20,000 nt of DNA from Chiloscyllium plagiosum (Eukaryota): contig NC_057718.1 in assembly GCF_004010195.1 (NCBI RefSeq), positions 4,359,663 through 4,379,662 of the forward strand, in the 5' to 3' direction. The notes beneath the pieces were generated by a model. It was not told where the DNA came from. It saw only the letters and a program-made list of their open reading frames with translations, and ran no database searches. Shown here piece by piece: positions 10,850 through 20,000 of the stretch. Position numbers and translations under genes: made by a program. The stretch's first letter is position 1. Every line of letters begins with the position of its first letter.

Positions 10850-11116
10850 TTAATCGGATTATAGGTCGTCCATTCACTTGTTATTCAGCTATTGACACTT
10901 TACTCACACCATCTGAAGCACTCGATCACATGCAGTGACCTATTGTTCGGCCTGTCGACTCTCTATTCACACCATTTGTATGATCTTTTGATCTCTCTGA
11001 TTATAAAGTCTGTGTCTGGATGCTCTCTTCACTCCACCTGATGAAGGAGCAACACTCCGAAAACTTGTGATTTAAAATGTTGGATTATAAACTGATATCA
11101 TGTTACTTTTGACATT
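10850..11116 (+). mobile_element. Second PLE-type terminus in tandem
   Basis: Ends with hammerhead plus tgttggattataaactg...acttttgac, like the 10846 and 12550 ends. Confidence 0.65.
11035..11069 (+). ncRNA. Minimal hammerhead ribozyme motif, core intact
   Basis: CAC-CTGATGA-A-GGAG-CAACA-CTCC-GAAA-A-CTT-GTG; stem I CAC/GTG, stem II GGAG/CTCC. Confidence 0.7.
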
Positions 11117-11300
11117 TATAAAAGGGTCATCCCTTCACTCTGAGACTGTGCTCTTGGGCTATGGTCTCTCCTACTTGAGGAAACATCTTCTCCATGTCAT
11201 CTGAGTCCAGGATTCTCAGTATTCTGTAAGTTTCAGTCAGATTCCCTCTTCATCCTTCTAAGCTCCATCGAGTACAGACGCAGGGTCCTCAACTGCTCTT

Positions 11301-11470
11301 TATAACATTTAAAAGGCATCTGGATGGGCATATGAATAGGAAGTGTTGAGAGGGATATAGCCCAAGTGTCAGCAAATGGGGCTAGATTAGGTTCAGATAT
11401 CAGGTCTGCATGAATGAGTTGGACCGAAGGGTTTGTTTTTAAATCAATCATCTCAATGATTTTACGACTC
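11301..11470 (+). mobile_element. Short CR1 3' end nested antisense in another CR1
   Basis: acatttaaaaggcatctggatggg...gagttggaccgaagggt; reverse complement of the 2760-2900 type. Confidence 0.8.
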
Positions 11471-11662
11471 TATATGACAAGGCCCTCATCCCTCGAGTCA
11501 TTTTTGGAAACCTCCTCTGGACTGCTTCCAAAGTCTGCACATGCCTCCTTTGATATGGGACCAAATTGTTTGGAATATTCCAAATGCAGTCTGATGAGAA
11601 CCTGACTGTAAACAGTGACTGTTTAGAGGGAGCTTTGTAAAAAGGAGCCACCATTTTTATAG

Positions 11663-12550
11663 AAATGATGTGGAGGTGCCAGTGTTGGACTGGGGTGGAC
11701 AAAGTTAAAAATCACACAACACCAGGTTATTGTCCTCCAACAGGTTTAATAAGAAACACTAGCTGTTGGAGCGCTGCTCTTCCATCAGGTAACTAGTGGG
11801 GCTGGATCATAAGACACATAATTTATAGCAAAAGATCACAGTGGTCATGCAACTGATGTGATAATTTGAACAAACCGAGATTGTTCAGCCTTTCACCTTT
11901 TAGAATGGGTTGCAGGTATCAGTTCATTAATATGTAAATCCCAGAACTTCTTTCAAGTTACATTCCTGAGATAATTTAAGGTTTTATTTTAAAAAGTGAC
12001 ATCTCGACTCAGATAATGTATTAAAGGCGTGAGGTTAGAGTCTGTCTGTATTTGAATCTTGAGCCAGACTGGTTCTATTTCCAAAGAACAAATTATGAAA
12101 TTTCGTATGGATTGATTGCTTGCAGATTGTGCACTTTTTTTGAACAAAACGGAATGTATCTGCAAATACAATCCTGCCAATGCAAACTCAAGATTGAAAT
12201 ACAGACAGACTCTAACCTCACACCTTTAGTGCATTATCTGAGCTGAGATATCACCTTTTTTGTTGTAAAACCTTAAATTATCTCGGGAATGTAAATTGAA
12301 AAAAGTTCTGGGATTTACTTATTAATGAACTGATACCTGCAACCCATTCTAAAAGATGAAAGACTTAACAACAATCTAAGTTTTCTTCAATATATCTTAT
12401 GAGTTGGATGACACCATGATCTTTTGCTATAAATTCAGTGTCTTATGATCCTGTCCCACTAGTGACCTGTTGAAGGAGCAGCACTCCGACAGCTAGTGCT
12501 TCCAAATAAACCTGTTGGACTATAACCTGGTGTTGTTTGATTTTTATTTT
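11663..12550. mobile_element. PLE insertion with inverted pseudo-LTRs (arms 11701-12063 minus, 12187-12550 plus)
   Basis: Arms are reverse complements (gaggttagagtctgtctgtattt / aaatacagacagactctaacctc); degenerate hammerheads at 11757-11790 and 12464-12498; atttttatag at 11653-11662 and 12546-12555. Confidence 0.85.
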
Positions 12551-12864
12551 TATAGGGGGCATTATAAATCATGGCTGCCATCTTTACAGGGGGCAAATTG
12601 TAACCAGCAGCGGCCATTTTTATAGGGGGCATTATACATTGTGGCTGCCATCTTTATAGGGTGCAGATTATAATCATCAGCTGCCATCTTTATAGGGGGC
12701 ATTATAAATTCTGGCTACCATTTTTATAAGGGGCACATTGTGAACAGCAGCTACAATCTTTGTAGGGGACAATTGTAAATGGCAGCTGCCATCTTTATAG
12801 GGGGCATTGTAAACTGCAGTTGCCATTTTTATGGGGGCTAGTGGAGAGGTGCTGCTATTTTTAT
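12547..12864. repeat. 34-36 bp minisatellite, ~9 units plus a diverged unit at ~11625-11662
   Basis: Unit approximates gggggcattataaatyrtggctgccatytttata. Confidence 0.9.
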
Positions 12865-12931
12865 TAATCTTCAAGAGTTAAAACAGAGCCAAATTATGTA
12901 ACAACACAGAAAGTACTGCTTTGCAAACTTG

Positions 12932-13028
12932 AGTCAAAAAGTATGATGCTGGAAAAGAACAGCAACAAGGCAGCATCGGAGGAGCAGGAGAGTCAATGTT
13001 TCGGGCATAAGACCTTCATCAGAAATGA
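12932..13028 (-). mobile_element. ~97-bp hammerhead-headed PLE-terminus unit with 15-bp flanking duplication
   Basis: tgctttgcaaacttg (12917-12931) and tgctttggaaacttg (13029-13043); minus strand reads CTGATGA-A-GGTC-TTAT-GCCC-GAAAC-ATT at 12995-13022. Confidence 0.8.
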
Positions 13029-13164
13029 TGCTTTGGAAACTTGTCAATGGATAGCCCCACCCATCTACCCCCTCCCCCCAACAAGTTCATGATCAAAGTG
13101 TGCCTTATTTTACTTCCTGTTTTCTGTGTTATGTCCTACAGCTGATATGCGACACAGCTTTAAA

Positions 13165-13420
13165 CACACCCTGCCTCTGGTGTCCCATGATAATTTTTCC
13201 ATCAATGGCAGTCAGGTCTTCAGTTACTGGGCCTAAACTCTAGAAATCCCTCCATGAACCTTTCTGTTTTCTCTCTCTGTCAATTCCTTTCAAACGCTCC
13301 TTTACTCCATCCGATCTGATATGACTTAGTGATGTGTAGTGATGTGTAGTGCATCACAATTTGTCCTGTGAAACTGTTCAGCTTAACGCCTCTGTCTGAA
13401 CATAAATTTTTATTGTTGTA
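13165..13420 (+). mobile_element. Old L2 LINE 3' end
   Basis: ggcagtcaggtcttcagttactgggcctaaactctagaaatccctcc resembles the L2 C-terminal RAFS..GP.LWNSLP motif; ends in ttgttgt. Confidence 0.5.
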
Positions 13421-13556
13421 ATGCACCCATTTCCACCCCTGCTGCTGTTTTCGAATCCTAAGCCTCTCTCTCTCTCTATCTCTCTCTCAAATAGATCAAA
13501 CTATCCCACATTCTCCCATCTCACAGATGGTACTGAGTATGAAGTTACAAGGATAA

Positions 13557-13837
13557 AATCATAGAATCCCTACAGTGTAGAAGCAGGCCATTTGGCCCAT
13601 CAAGTCCACACTACCCTCTGAAGACCATCCCAACTCGACCCACACCCCTACCCTATCCCGAGTAACCCAACATTTTCCATAGCTAAATCACCTAGCCTGC
13701 ACGTCCCTGGTCACTATGAGCAATTTCTCATGGCCAATCCACCAAACCTGCACATCTTTGGACTGTGGGGGGAAACCAAGGCTGGAATCAAATGCGGGTC
13801 CCTGCTAGCGCTAACCACTGAGCCACCATGCCACCCT
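13557..13837 (-). mobile_element. HE1-like V-SINE with internal deletions, inserted in an old CR1 fragment (~13520-13945)
   Basis: gctaaccactgagccaccatgccaccc head, cctgcacatctttggactgtggg body, catagaatccctacagtg tail. Confidence 0.85.
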
Positions 13838-13944
13838 CATAATTGAAGAAGTTGGGGCTATTCTCCTTGGCTTATAGGAGATTTGAGGAAATCATGAGTT
13901 GGCTGGATAGAGCAGACAGGGAGACGCTGTACCCACACATAAAG

Positions 13945-15787
13945 TGGCCAAGATCAGCGGAAAACTAGAAGACTGGGAAAGCTTTAAAGGTCAACAGAAA
14001 GCCACAAGAAGAGCTATAAAGAAAAATAAGATAGAACATGAGATAAAGACTAGTACAGAATATAAAGAAAGATAACAAAGGTTTCTGCAAATACATAAAA
14101 TGAAAAGGAGTGGCTAAAGTAAACATCGGTCCTCCAGACGATGAGAAGAGGAATTTAGTTATGGGATATAATGAAGTGGCCAAGGCATTGAACAGGTATT
14201 TTGTATCAGTCTTCACATGGAGGACACTATTAACATGCCAGTAATTGACAAAGAGCCGAAGCTGGGTGAGGACCTGGAAACATTCATTATCATGGAAGAG
14301 ATAGAGTTGGACAAGCTAATGGAGCTTAGGGTAGACAGGTCTCCTGGCCCTGATGGAATGCATCCCAGGGTAATAAAAGAGATGGCAGGAGAAGTGGTAA
14401 ATGCACTGTGGTAATTTTCCAAAATTCACTGGATTCTGGGACAGTTCCAGCAGACTGGAAAATGGCAAATGTGATGACACTGTTTAAAAAGGGAGGTTAG
14501 GCAGAGGTGACGTGGGTTCATGAAGGGCAGGTCATGTTTAACTAATCTTTTGGAATTCGATGAAGGCATTACGAACATGGTGGACAATGGGGACCCAGTG
14601 GATGTGCTGTACATAAATTTCCAAAAAGCATCATCAAGGTGCCGCACAAGAAGCTGCTGCATAAGATTAGGATGTGTGGCGTTTTGGTAAAGTATGAGCA
14701 TGGATAGAGAATTGGTTGACTAACAGGAAGCAAAGAGTGGGTATAAATGAGTGCTATTCTCATTGGCAACCAGTGACTAGTGGTGCGTCTCAGGGATCTG
14801 CGTTGGGATCACAATTGTTCATAATTTATACAGATGATTTGGAGTTGGGGACAATGTGTAGTGTGTCAAAGTTTGCAGATGACACGTGCATGAGTGGCAG
14901 AGCAAAGTGTGCAGAGGACTGTGAAACTTTGCAAAGGGACATAGTTTAAGTGAGTGGGTAAAGGTGTGGCATATGGAATACGATGATGATAAATGTGAAG
15001 TCATCCATTTTGGTAGGAGTAACAGTAAAAAGGACTATTACTTGAATGGTAAAAAGCTGCAGCTTGCTGCTGTGCAGAAGGACCTGGTGTCCTTGTGCAT
15101 GAATCACAGAAGGTTGGTCTGCAGGTACAACAGGTAATTAGGAAGACAAATGGAATTTTGTCTTTCATTGCTCAAGGGATTGAGTTTAAAAGCAGGACGG
15201 TTATATTGTAGCTCTACACGGTGTTGGTGATGCCACACCTGGAGTACTGTGTGCAGTTTTGGTCTCCTTATTTGCGAAAGGATGTACGGCACTGGAGGGG
15301 GTGCAGGGGAGGTTCACTAAGTTGATTCCAGAATTGAGGGGGTTGGCTTATGGGGGAGACTGAGAAGGCTGGAATTACATTCATTGGATGTTAGAAGAAT
15401 GAGGGGGGATCTTATAGAAACATGTAAAATTATGAAGAGAATAGGTAAGATGTAAGTAGAGAGGATGTTTCCACTGGCAGGTGAGACTAGGACAAGAGGG
15501 CATAGCTTCAAAATTAGGAGGAGCAGATTTTGGACTGAATTGAGGAGCAACTTCTTCACCCAGAGGGTTGTAAATCTATGGAATTCTCTGCCCAGTGAAG
15601 TAGTTGACACTACTTCAGTAAATATTTTTAAAATTAAGATTGTTTTTTTTCAACAATAAAGGAATTAAGGGATACAGTGAATAGGTGGGAAAATGGAGAC
15701 GAGGCCATGAAAAGATCAGCCATGATCTTATTGAATGGCAGAGCAGCCTGGAAGGGCCAGGTGGCCTACTCTTATTCCTAATTCTTA
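13945..15787 (+). pseudogene. CR1 LINE ORF2 (reverse transcriptase) remnant, 5'-truncated, with 3' UTR
   Basis: SPGPDGMHPRVIKE, GFMKGRSCLTNLLEF, SGASQGSALGSQLFIIYTDDL, KFADDT, TRGHSFKI...FFTQRVVNLWNSLP; multiple stops and frameshifts. Confidence 0.95.
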
Positions 15788-15794
15788 AGCAAGA

Positions 15795-16095
15795 ATGAAA
15801 GGATAGAGATTGAAATTATGTGCAATCGAAGGAAGGGTGATGTGAGAAATATCTTTTTCACACAGTGAGTAGCTAGGGCCTGGAATGCACTGAATGGAAA
15901 TGTGGTGGAGGCAGGTTCCACTGTGGCATTGAAGAGTCGTTTTGGATGGTTATATGGATATAAATAGTGTGTAAGGGTGTGGGGAGAAAGCAGGAGACTG
16001 GCACTGGATAATGATGCTGAGTTGAAGAACTGGTGTAAACCTAATGGATTGAATGGCCTCCTCCTGTACTGCAACAATTCTGTGATACTGTGATA
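15795..16095 (+). mobile_element. CR1 3' end, different subfamily
   Basis: tttttcacacagtgagtagctagggcctggaatgcactg and tgaatggcctcctcctgtac tail; resembles 6830-7042. Confidence 0.8.
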
Positions 16096-16349
16096 CATCC
16101 TAAACTCTGTTGGCAAACCGACATCAGGGACATTTGTCATATCTAATCAGTTATTTTAGGAACGGTTGCCTAATTAATTCCAAGCAATTAATATGATAAT
16201 GAATATGACAAAACATAAAATCTTTGTCTCAGAGTGGCTGCAGGTCAGATTTTAATCCCCAGCCTCTGACAGGATTCCAAAGTAAATTTTATTCAGCTAC
16301 AGATTTCCTTCCTAAATTGCTGCCTGTTACTGGATTGGTGAGTATTGAA

Positions 16350-16484
16350 CCCTCGCTGCCTCTATCCACACTGCCTGCACTGATATTGCCTGTACCCTTG
16401 CTGCCTGTTCCCACACTGACTGCACTGACATTGCTTGTACCTTCGCTGCCTGTTCCCACACTGCCTGCTCTGATATTGCCTCTG
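16350..16484. repeat. 3 x 45-bp tandem repeat built from 15-bp subunits
   Basis: Units start at 16350, 16395 and 16440; subunits ctgcctgttcccaca / ctgcctgcactgata / ttgcctgtacccttg. Confidence 0.9.
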
Positions 16485-16609
16485 ATATCAGAGAACTGGG
16501 AGTGATATGATTCTTGCATTACATTGAGTTTAGAATATTAAAGAATGAACTAGTCTAAGGACATGAAGTATGAAAGGAGTTGATTGTGTCCAGAGAGTGG
16601 GACCGTAGG

Positions 16610-17280
16610 TTGGGGAATGGGGTAGACACAGGCCAGGTGAAGTACGGGGTAGAGGGAGTCCAAGTGAGGAGGGGTAGAGAGAGTCCAGGTGAAGGGGGTT
16701 GGAGGGAGTCCANNNNNNNNNNNNNNNNNNNNNNNNNNNNNNNNNNNNNNNNNNNNNNNNNNNNNNNNNNNNNNNNNNNNNNNNNNNNNNNNNNNNNNNN
16801 NNNNNNNNNNNNNNNNNNNNNNNNNNNNNNNNNNNNNNNNNNNNNNNNNNNNNNNNNNNNNNNNNNNNNNNNNNNNNNNNNNNNNNNNNNNNNNNNNNNN
16901 NNNNNNNNNNNNNNNNNNNNNNNNNNNNNNNNNNNNNNNNNNNNNNNNNNNNNNNNNNNNNNNNNNNNNNNNNNNNNNNNNNNNNNNNNNNNNNNNNNNN
17001 NNNNNNNNNNNNNNNNNNNNNNNNNNNNNNNNNNNNNNNNNNNNNNNNNNNNNNNNNNNNNNNNNNNNNNNNNNNNNNNNNNNNNNNNNNNNNNNNNNNN
17101 NNNNNNNNNNNNNNNNNNNNNNNNNNNGGAGTCCAGGTGAAGGGGGGTAGAGGGAGTCTAGGAGAAGACGAAAGTGTGGAGGGAGTCCAGGTGAAGGGGG
17201 GGTAGAGGGAGTCCAGGTGAAGGAGGGTAGAGGGAGTCTAGGAGAAGACAAAAGTGTGGAGGGAGTCGAGGTGAAGGGTT
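16610..17280. repeat. G-rich ~24-26 bp minisatellite spanning the assembly gap
   Basis: gggtagagggagtccaggtgaagg units on both sides of the N run. Confidence 0.85.
16713..17127. other. Assembly gap (415 N)
   Basis: Run of N. Confidence 1.
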
Positions 17281-17431
17281 AGAGCCCTCAAATTTGTGCC
17301 AGGTCGTTCAGGGTTAACATCAGGACATACTCACTCTCAGGGGTGTGGAAATTCACAGCTTTGAACCCTTAAAGGCTTAAAGAGTTAAATTGAGATTATT
17401 ATTAATTGAAATATATTGAGGGATATGGACT

Positions 17432-17537
17432 AAAGACTCCAGAAATATTAATAACCCTTGCTTGGTTCAGTGTGCACCTGTGAAGTGCTCTGAGATGTTT
17501 CATTACATTAAAGGTTATATATCAATTCACATTGTTG
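17432..17537 (+). repeat. 106-bp segment ending in an L2/Deu-SINE-like tail, duplicated at 19044-19149
   Basis: About 8 mismatches in 106 nt, no gaps, by manual alignment. Confidence 0.9.
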
Positions 17538-18214
17538 AATGGCAACCTTCCAGTTACAATACAGGCCTAAAGGGTTGAATGGCCACCTGACCCAATGACT
17601 GGTCATTCAGATCAGCAATGGCTGCTCATATTGGCCACTCTAAAATCACATCAGAGAGGACCAAGTCCTTGAGCCAGCATTGCCAACTGTTAATTGTCAT
17701 TCTGAGAATTTCAGTTCAGACAAAAATGATGATAGCGTGAAGACAAGAATCAGACATGATGGAGGATGATGGGAAATCATCTCTTTTCTGATGCTTTGAT
17801 GTCACAATGTGACTGGATTAACTCCCTTTCTTCTCCAAAAGCTGCTAAGGTGAAGATAAATAAATAAATCCTTTGCTAATGGTCCTTTTTGTCACAGGGA
17901 CGGTGTTCTTTGTTAGAGGATTTCTGGGTCTTATAACACCGACAATACTCACTGAGAGATTTGCCCTTGACAGATGGAGTGGGACAAAGACTGAACCAGA
18001 ATGCTCAGAGCCTGCCTGCTACAGTAACAGTCCGGCTCCTGCTCACAACAATCGGCTGGTGGTCTTTATTGCAGAGAGATCCCAGCTCCTGCTGATTCTC
18101 AGATGCCCACATTCCATCCCTGCATCCAACTGTGACCCAGGCCTGAACCTGCCGCTTGAATCATCAGAGAAATGCAATATCCCCAGTCACTCCTACCCCT
18201 TTCTCTGTGACTAA

Positions 18215-18340
18215 CAAACAGTTGGGAAATTGAGGGAGGGACTTGAGGGAGTGGACTGCTTTGACTTGGATGTGGACAAGTACTGTGAGTGTTGTTGGAG
18301 CTGCACCCATGCAGTCAAGTGGGGGGAGTAGTCCATTTTC
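18215..18340 (-). mobile_element. L2/CR1-like LINE fragment
   Basis: gagtgttgttggagctgcacccat...ggagtagtcca resembles 4050-4125 and the reverse complement of 7645-7720. Confidence 0.5.
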
Positions 18341-19020
18341 AAAGAACAAAGAAAATTTACAGCCCAGGAACAGGCCCCTCGGCCCTCCAAGCCTGAGCCA
18401 ATCCAAATATACTGTCTAAACCTGTCGGTCAATTCCTAAGCATTTGTATCCCTCTGCTCCCCACCTACTCGTGCATCTGTCCAGACGGATCTTAAATGAA
18501 TCTACCGTGCCTGCCTCTCCCATCTCTGCTGGCAACATGTTCCAGACACCCACCACCCTCTGTGTGAAGTACTTGCCGCATGTATCCCCCTTAAACTTTC
18601 CACCTCTCACCTTGAAAGCATGACCTCTCATTATTGAATCCTTCATCCTGGGAAAAAGCTCGTCTCTATCCACTCTGTCTATACCCTTCATGATTTTGTA
18701 AACCTCAATCAGGTCCCCCCTCAATCTCTTTTTTCTAGTGAAAACAATCCTAACCTACTCAACCTCTCTTCATAGCTAGCACCTTCCATACCAGGCAACA
18801 TCCTTGTAAACCTTCTCTGCACCCTCTCCAAAGCGTCCACATCCTTTTGGCAATGTGGCGACCAGAACTGTACACGGTATTCTAAATGCAGCCGAACCTA
18901 TGTCTTGTACCATTTTAACATGACTTGCCAACTCTTATACTCAATGCCCCGTCCAATGAAGGCAAGCATACTATATACCTTCTTGACCACTCCGTCCACC
19001 TGTGCAGCAACCTTCAGGGT
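18341..19020 (-). mobile_element. Relatively young CR1 3' part
   Basis: MRGDLIEVYKIMKGIDRVDRDELFP...RGHAFKVRGGKF...YFTQRVVGVWNMLP with long open frame; 3' tail at 18341. Confidence 0.92.
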
Positions 19021-19634
19021 TCATAATCATTGTAAATCTGTTCAAAGACTCCAGATATACTAATAACCCTTGTTTGGTTCAGTGTGCACCTGTGAAGTGC
19101 TCTGGGATGTTTCATAATATTAAAGGTTATATATAAATTCAGATTGTTGTTAACAATGCAACTCTTTCCCTTAATGAATACAATGATGGGTTTATCAAAA
19201 TAACTTACTCAACAAAGATGCAATAATTGGTTAACATTCACAATCGTTAACATTGCAGTATAAATTTCTACTTGCCTAACTAATCCAAAAACAAACACAC
19301 ACACACTCGCACACACACACACAATATTCAGAAAGCGAAGGGGAAAAATACAGATTTCTTTGTAGAGATTTTATTTCTGAAGAAAACATTTGGTCAATAT
19401 GTTACTCCTGAGGGCAAAAGAGCGAAGTACAGAATATTCTGGAGCCTGTCAAACTGACATCCTGCCTCAGGCGTGTGCAGTCACTAATCACATAGGATTG
19501 TCTCTGATGCTTTTCAGAAACAATTCACACAAAAATATAACCTTGAGATGTTTCTTCATTCATTCTTTCAAAAGAACAAGTTGGTGTCACCCAGAACTCA
19601 ATAAGATTGTTGTTTTGTTCATTAATGAGAGAAA

Positions 19635-19777
19635 GTGAGGATTGCAGATCAGAGTTGAAGAGTGTGGTGCTGGAAAATCACAGCAGGTCAGGCAGCATCC
19701 GAGGAGCAGAAGAGTCGATGTTTCGGGCATGAGCCCTTCATCAGGAATGAGGTTTATGGGCCAGGGGAGCTGAGAGA
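19635..19777 (-). mobile_element. PLE-type terminus with core-intact hammerhead (19715-19746)
   Basis: Minus strand reads TC-CTGATGA-A-GGGC-TCAT-GCCC-GAAA-C-ATC-GA; homologous to 6052-6140. Confidence 0.8.
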
Positions 19778-19779
19778 TA

Positions 19780-20000
19780 CAGGGGAATCTCGATTATCCG
19801 AACGTGATGGGCGGGCACTATGTCGTTCAGATCATCGATTATTCAGTTAATTGATTAAATGCCTTTCCTCTGGGGCTTGGAGGTTTTTGAGGTCTGCTCC
19901 CTGTTCAGGAGAGGAGGCAGCAGCACAGCGCACTCAAACCCCTACCACCCACCCCATCCAACACCACCCCCCACACCCATCCAACACTACCCACCCCCCC
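19780..20000. mobile_element. Probable Tc1/mariner (pogo/Tigger-like) DNA transposon end
   Basis: TA (19778-19779) followed by CAGGGGAATCTCGATTATCCGAAC; inverted subterminal copy ttcagatcatcga near 19826-19838; second TIR not in window. Confidence 0.5.

Larger units (their letters stand above)
9548..11600 (-). mobile_element. CR1 3' part split in three (9548-9785, 11119-11300, 11470-11600)
   Basis: ctggctgaagaaattcctcc at 9785 resumes as aaagggtcatcccttcactctgag at 11121; caactgctct resumes as tatatgacaaggccctcatcc at 11471. Confidence 0.75.

Noticed and set aside
12547..12864. CRISPR-like ~35-bp periodicity
   Set aside because: Contiguous degenerate tandem units, no unique spacers, no cas genes, eukaryotic context
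16550..17251. Long ORFs of 153-233 aa
   Set aside because: Artefacts of the N gap and the minisatellite
19150..19630. Possible LTR fragment and ORF 19390-19638
   Set aside because: No second LTR, primer-binding site or coding homology visible

Overview
Eukaryotic, repeat-dense genomic DNA, most likely from a cartilaginous fish. This is inferred from HE1/V-SINE-like, Deu-domain-like and CR1 repeat types recalled from memory. No intact protein-coding gene is supportable, and nearly all listed ORFs are retroelement remnants or chance ORFs. The window is a nested stack of CR1 and L2/CR1-like LINE fragments, three tRNA-derived SINE types, Penelope-like element (PLE) pieces including a decayed GIY-YIG ORF, a probable Tigger/pogo DNA-transposon end, minisatellites and a 415-N gap. 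The most notable signal is eight minimal hammerhead-ribozyme motifs (CUGAnGA-A-stem II-GAAA-N-NUH) in PLE-type termini. These include ~90-100 bp hammerhead-headed units flanked by long direct duplications, and a ~360 bp inverted-repeat PLE insertion whose two ribozymes share the same core mutation. Two isolated splice-signal candidates (4871-4929, 17898 onward) hint that the window may be intronic. Hammerheads in PLEs are a known class, so I cannot claim a new system from sequence alone. Repeat boundaries are approximate.
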